Source of the DNA: an uncultured Acidobacteriota bacterium | GTDB taxonomy: Bacteria > Acidobacteriota > Terriglobia > Terriglobales > Acidobacteriaceae | Reading direction: 5' to 3' | NCBI GenBank assembly: GCA_963774515.1 | Contig: CAVZFK010000026.1 | Location: forward strand, 119,461 to 183,460 | DNA length: 64,000 nucleotides | In this document: piece after piece, positions 60,245 through 64,000 of the stretch | Position numbering within the stretch: the first letter of the stretch is position 1 | Layout of the letters: each line of letters opens with the position of its first letter | The notes under the pieces: generated by a model | What the model was told of the DNA's origin: nothing | Databases searched by the model: none | What the model saw: the letters and a program-made list of their open reading frames with translations, nothing else | Translations under genes and position numbers: made by a program

Positions 60245-61559
60245 TCACGCATTGCTGACAAGATCGATCGTTCGTGGCGATGAACCCGCGACATCCAATG
60301 GTCGTTCCGGATGGACAGTCAGCCAGCAGACGGCACTGAAAACGGCCAGCACTGCCGCCACCGCGAAAGAAATAGTCCAGCCATAACGAACAGCAATCCA
60401 GGGCGTCAGTGAAGCCGTTACCGCCCCGCCAATTTGTCCGCCCATGTTCACCATGCTGGAGAAGACTCCTGAGTTGCGCCCGGCGATATCGACCGAGACC
60501 GACCAGAACGAGCTCTGCGAGATGTAAAGTGCTCCCGCGCCACCGGCCAGAATCACTCCCGCCAGTTCTACATTGCGCACCTGCGATCCCAAGCACCAGG
60601 AATACCGCCGTTGCCGCCAGCGACCCCGCTGCCAGTCCGCACCGGCCTACCCGCAATCCCCAGCGCCGCGTCATCCGGTCGCTCATCACTCCGCCCAGCA
60701 GGCAGCAGACCGTCATCGACAGAAACGGAAGCATGGCGTAATCCGCACTCGACTTCAGATCCACCTTCCGCACCTGCGCCATATAGAGAAAAAACCAGCT
60801 GAAGTAAATCCAGGCAATATAACCGAAGCTGAAATAGCCTGCCATCAGCACCGGCAGATCTCTGCGATGAAAGATGGCGTGCCAGTCAATTCCCTTGCGT
60901 TCCGCTCCGGCGTGGAACTCCATCCCATCGCGAATCTCTCGCAGTTCCGCCTGATCTACTCCCGGATGCTCTTCCGGCCGATCACGCGAGATCAACCACC
61001 ACACAATGGCTGCGGCAAAGCCCACCGCCGCGCTGAACCAGAAGGCGGCTCGCCAGCCATGATGCGTAATCAGCCAGTTCAGCATGGGAGGCGTCAATCC
61101 GCTGCCCGCTCCTACTCCAGCAAAGATCAATCCATTGATCACGCCGCGCTCGTGCATCGGAATCCAGCGAGCCACAAACTGGTTCGCTGCCGGATAAATG
61201 ACCGACTCCCCTGCGCCCAGGGCAAATCGCAGTCCGATCAGCAAGGCCATGGCATGGGCGATGTTCGAAGGCAGAAGCGCGGTCAGCGATGTGGCTACGC
61301 CCCAGGACAAGACTCCCAGGGTCAGGATTCGCCGCGGTCCGAAGCGTGCCGCCAGCCATCCGGCCGGCAACTGAAATCCTGCATACCCAATCAAAAACGC
61401 GCTGAAGATCCAGCCCAGCCGCTGATTCCCTAAGCCATACTCCCGGCTGATCTGCAGCCCGGCAATCGATATATTCGTCCGATCTAGAAACGCCACTCCG
61501 CTCAGAACAAACAACCAGATCGACAAAAAATATCGCACCCGCATCCGCCGCTCATACAT
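60245..61559 (-). pseudogene. MFS transporter of the ACS (anionic sugar-acid/hexuronate) type with one frameshift near 60590-60597
   Basis: The N-terminus reads FLDRTNISIAGLQISREYGL...GWLAARFGPRRIL. The last approximately 115 residues (GSQVRNVELAGVILAGGAGALYISQSSFWS...) are in another frame. Confidence 0.75.
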
Positions 61560-61954
61560 CGCTTTTTATGGCTCCTGAGACTTGCAAAACAGACAACGTA
61601 GCAAAGCGCGCCAAAAGATCGAGGCAAATCGGGTAGAAAATTCTGACGTGAGAGAGCGAGGTTAGGGGTTGATGGAAACGATCGAAGAAGGTGGGGGAGG
61701 GCTTAGGTTCCGTCTCGACAAGAATAGATGCCGGAACACCTCATCGACATACCGAGGCGCGCGGGTAGAAACCGGGACTGTCCTTTGAATACTCTGCTGG
61801 AAGACACTGGCTGGTGACCTGAAACAAATATAGTGTTTCGTCGGGTGGGATTTCTGTCATGAGCCGCTTGCTACAGATGGAAGTAGGCTAGATTACCTAG
61901 TTTTAGGTTTGCATACATAGCTGTGTATTCAGACAAAAGCACGCGCCGCGAACG

Positions 61955-61978
61955 GAAAAAGGCCAGCCCGGAAGGCGG
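61955..61978 (-). terminator. Intrinsic terminator candidate downstream of the RraA-like gene
   Basis: On the minus strand, GCCGCC-ttccg-GGC(t)GGC is a 6-bp GC stem with one bulge. It is followed by CTTTTT. Confidence 0.4.
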
Positions 61979-62066
61979 CGCTTATGAGAATCGACCCGTG
62001 GCATTTCCAGAATTTTCGCTTTCGCTTGCCACATACCAGGGGTTCGAGAGAGAGCACGAATCAGCT

Positions 62067-62855
62067 CTACAGCCTTCCGAACTTCTGCACAGCTTGTTCG
62101 ATCGAGTGATACTTCTCAATAAACGAATACATGGAGTGCTCGCTGAAATCGAGACTTTGTGCACGAATCAGAATCTCGGCTGCATTCGCACGCGGCACTA
62201 CGACCACACCATCATGGTCAGCCACAACAATATCTCCCGGCGAAACCGGCACGCCGTCGCAGTCGATGGGAATATTCGCTCCACCGAAGCGATAGTGGCC
62301 CACGGAAGTGGACGGAACGGGGCCGAGCGCGTACACCGGGAAACCGATTTTGGTGAGTTGAGGAATGTCGCGGACGCCACCGTCGACCACGGCCCCGGCA
62401 AAGTCGCGAGCCAGCATCGCCGTTCCCATCAGGCCGCCCATCCCGGCAATGTCGGCTCCGTCCTGAATCTTCATCACGTAAACCGACCCGGCGGCGCCGT
62501 TGTCAATTGCCTTTAGCATGCCATCGAGTGCGTGCGGATCGTGGTTCTCATCCTTTACTAACTTGACGGTGAGGGCGACTCCGGCAAATTTGGTGGGAAA
62601 GATCGCCGTCATGTGATGGGTCATGTACCGCTTCTCATGCAGCAACTGCTCAATGGCGTCGGATACCGAAGCGACCTCAACATGCCGGTAAGCGTCGACC
62701 ATGGCTTGCGGATTGGCTTCATACTGCGCCGCAGTCATGGGAGTATCTGCCTTGACCACTATCGTAATCACAGTCAGCGGAGCACAAATTAGGAGGAGCG
62801 CGGCGGCGATCCTGCTCTTGCTGAAACGTCGTGACAGTAGGCCTGCGAATCGCAT
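62067..62855 (-). CDS. RraA-like/HMG-CHA aldolase-family protein (class II aldolase/oxaloacetate decarboxylase type) with an N-terminal signal or anchor
   Basis: The core reads GSVYVMKIQDGADIAGMGGLMGTAMLARDFAGAVVDGGVRDIPQL...FPVYALGPVP. The N-terminus is MRFAGLLSRRFSKSRIAAALLLICAPLTVITIVV. An SD (GGGAGGG) lies before ATG 62855. Confidence 0.75.
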   Translation of the reverse strand: MRFAGLLSRRFSKSRIAAALLLICAPLTVITIVVKADTPMTAAQYEANPQAMVDAYRHVEVASVSDAIEQLLHEKRYMTHHMTAIFPTKFAGVALTVKLVKDENHDPHALDGMLKAIDNGAAGSVYVMKIQDGADIAGMGGLMGTAMLARDFAGAVVDGGVRDIPQLTKIGFPVYALGPVPSTSVGHYRFGGANIPIDCDGVPVSPGDIVVADHDGVVVVPRANAAEILIRAQSLDFSEHSMYSFIEKYHSIEQAVQKFGRL

Positions 62856-63053
62856 TCGGATCCCTCCCGGGAAGTTCATCAACTCAAGAACATACCATCA
62901 AGCGTGGCCAATCGTGTCAAGCCACAGAAAGCTAAAGACCGCGCGGTATTGGCCATCCTTCTGGATTGCATTATGGATCGGAACGCCTGTCATCAGCCGG
63001 TTGCCATGCGGTCTCCTATGGCAGATGGCCTATTCAGGTACGGAGAAGCAGGC

Positions 63054-63677
63054 TCAATCCAAATGTACGAGGCCGCGCTGCAACGCATAAATGGTGGCCT
63101 GGGTCCGATCGCGCGCGCCCATTTTATCCAGCAGTGAGCTTACGTGGATGCGGACAGTTTTCTCCGCAATGTGGAGCTCCTCAGCAATCTCGCGATTGCT
63201 ATAGCCACGCGTGATGCAGTCCAGAACTTCCATTTCTCGCGGCGTAAGATCGACGGCCGGCATGCGCTCAGCGAGACGATCGAGCGTGAAGTGCGGAAAG
63301 TAACGCAGACCGCGATGAACCTGCTGGATAGCATCGACCAGCTGCTCGCCGCTGGCGTCTTTGGTCAGATAAGCCATCGCGCCAGAGCGCACCGCGCGGT
63401 AGATATCTTCGCTGCCGCCGTAATTCGAGAGCACTACAATCCGACTAGCCGGCAGTTCCTTGCGCAGTTGCACGATCAGCTCAAATCCGCTCATCAGCGG
63501 AAGGCGTAGATCGAGCACAACCACATCGGGGACCAGTTCGCGGCACATTCGCAGACCCGATTCGCCGTCAATTGCCTCGCCCACGATCTGTATCTGGCTA
63601 TGACCGCCCAGGACTGAATGCAGGGCGATACGCGCAAGAAAATGGTCCTCGATCAGCAATACTCGAATCTGCTTCAT
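63054..63677 (-). CDS. NarL/FixJ-family response regulator (REC plus LuxR-type HTH)
   Basis: VLLIEDH...VVVLDLRLP (phospho-acceptor Asp context) is present, with a C-terminal LTPREMEVLDCITRGYSNREIAEELHIAEKTVRIHVSSLLDKMG. Confidence 0.9.
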   Translation of the reverse strand: MKQIRVLLIEDHFLARIALHSVLGGHSQIQIVGEAIDGESGLRMCRELVPDVVVLDLRLPLMSGFELIVQLRKELPASRIVVLSNYGGSEDIYRAVRSGAMAYLTKDASGEQLVDAIQQVHRGLRYFPHFTLDRLAERMPAVDLTPREMEVLDCITRGYSNREIAEELHIAEKTVRIHVSSLLDKMGARDRTQATIYALQRGLVHLD

Positions 63678-64000
63678 ACGCCTATCCAACGGATCACATG
63701 GTGCTCCTGATTAACTGCCTGTTGTATGGCGTTGAAAGAGACCTTCACGGCAACTTCCGTGCCCATGCCTTCGGAAGTCTGGAGCCGAAATGTTCCGCCG
63801 AGCTTGCGCGCGCGCTCCTCCATCACGGCAATTCCGAAATGGCCGGGGAGGGACGCAGGCATGTGGGGTAGATGGAATCCGCAACCGTCGTCCTGAATAG
63901 ATAGGCTAAGCGCGTCGACCTCGTATTTCAAATGAACCATAATATGGTTCGGTTCCGCGTGGCGTATCGCGTTGGTCACAGCCTCCTGACCAATGCAGAG
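63674..64000 (-). CDS. Sensor histidine kinase, C-terminal HATPase domain (NarX/DesK-type). The 5' part lies beyond the window end.
   Basis: The frame is open to nt 64000. The sequence reads ...IGQEAVTNAIRHAEPN...IQDDGCGF...GHFGIAVMEERARKLGG. Its stop overlaps the response-regulator start (ATGA at 63674-63677). Confidence 0.8.
   Translation of the reverse strand, partial: LCIGQEAVTNAIRHAEPNHIMVHLKYEVDALSLSIQDDGCGFHLPHMPASLPGHFGIAVMEERARKLGGTFRLQTSEGMGTEVAVKVSFNAIQQAVNQEHHVIRWIGV

Noticed and set aside
61631-61849. Features in the 507-bp spacer upstream of the MFS gene: a 9-nt repeat GGGTAGAAA (61631-61639 and 61763-61771) and an inverted repeat GAAACA-N7-TGTTTC (61831-61849).
   Set aside because: These are short and occur at chance level. 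I see no coding potential and no recognisable RNA family. Only the terminator at 61955-61978 seemed worth listing.
1-64000. Search for CRISPR repeats, tRNA/rRNA genes, transposases, integrases, phage genes, toxin-antitoxin pairs or known defence-system genes.
   Set aside because: I found no regularly spaced direct repeats, no tRNA-like conserved arms in the intergenic regions I read, and no ORFs with transposase, integrase or nuclease-defence signatures. The gene decay in the right half is therefore not IS-mediated.

Overview
This is a 64-kb chromosomal segment that is moderately GC-rich by eye (not computed). Several traits suggest an Acidobacteriota-like soil bacterium, but this is inference only. 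They include TonB-dependent receptors with an N-terminal carboxypeptidase-regulatory-like domain, many Sec/Tat signal peptides ending in AQ, and abundant carbohydrate-active genes. I found no rRNA, tRNA, CRISPR array, transposase, integrase or phage genes.

The left half (1-31 kb) is almost entirely intact. It carries:
- a TonB-dependent receptor (TBDR) 3' end and a multi-PAS histidine kinase;
- a long-form Lhr helicase split by one frameshift, divergent from a UdgX-type uracil-DNA glycosylase;
- ggt, then an ABC ATPase plus a 1230-aa ABC-2 permease fused to an M1 aminopeptidase;
- a DHA2-family MFS (major facilitator superfamily) efflux pump;
- an SDR plus a YjhG/YagF-type sugar-acid dehydratase;
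- a His/Gly-rich secreted protein;
- myo-inositol oxygenase, a LamG protein, a URO-D-family protein and D-lyxose isomerase.

The right half (31-64 kb) alternates intact genes with genes broken by one to many frameshifts. Broken genes are a PhyH dioxygenase, a GH13 amylase, a clan GH-A hydrolase, FucU, a PQQ-propeller/cytochrome c protein, a 1200-aa TBDR, a nucleoside hydrolase, a lactonase, a SelA-like PLP enzyme and an ACS-type MFS transporter. Several junctions lie in mononucleotide runs, so real gene decay and indel sequencing error cannot be told apart from this sequence alone.

The candidates I would look at first are:
- the ABC/M1-peptidase fusion system;
- the udgX-lhr pair;
- a DUF3299/MacB-type ABC module;
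- a putative oxidative (amino)sugar-acid cluster: a BBE-type FAD oxidase translationally coupled to a lactonase, a Tat-exported SelA/DgaE-like enzyme, an ACS-MFS transporter and a signal-anchored RraA-like aldolase;
- RbsR/PurR-like palindromic operators placed just downstream of near-consensus sigma70-type promoters.

All functional calls come from motif recognition by eye. No database searches were run.
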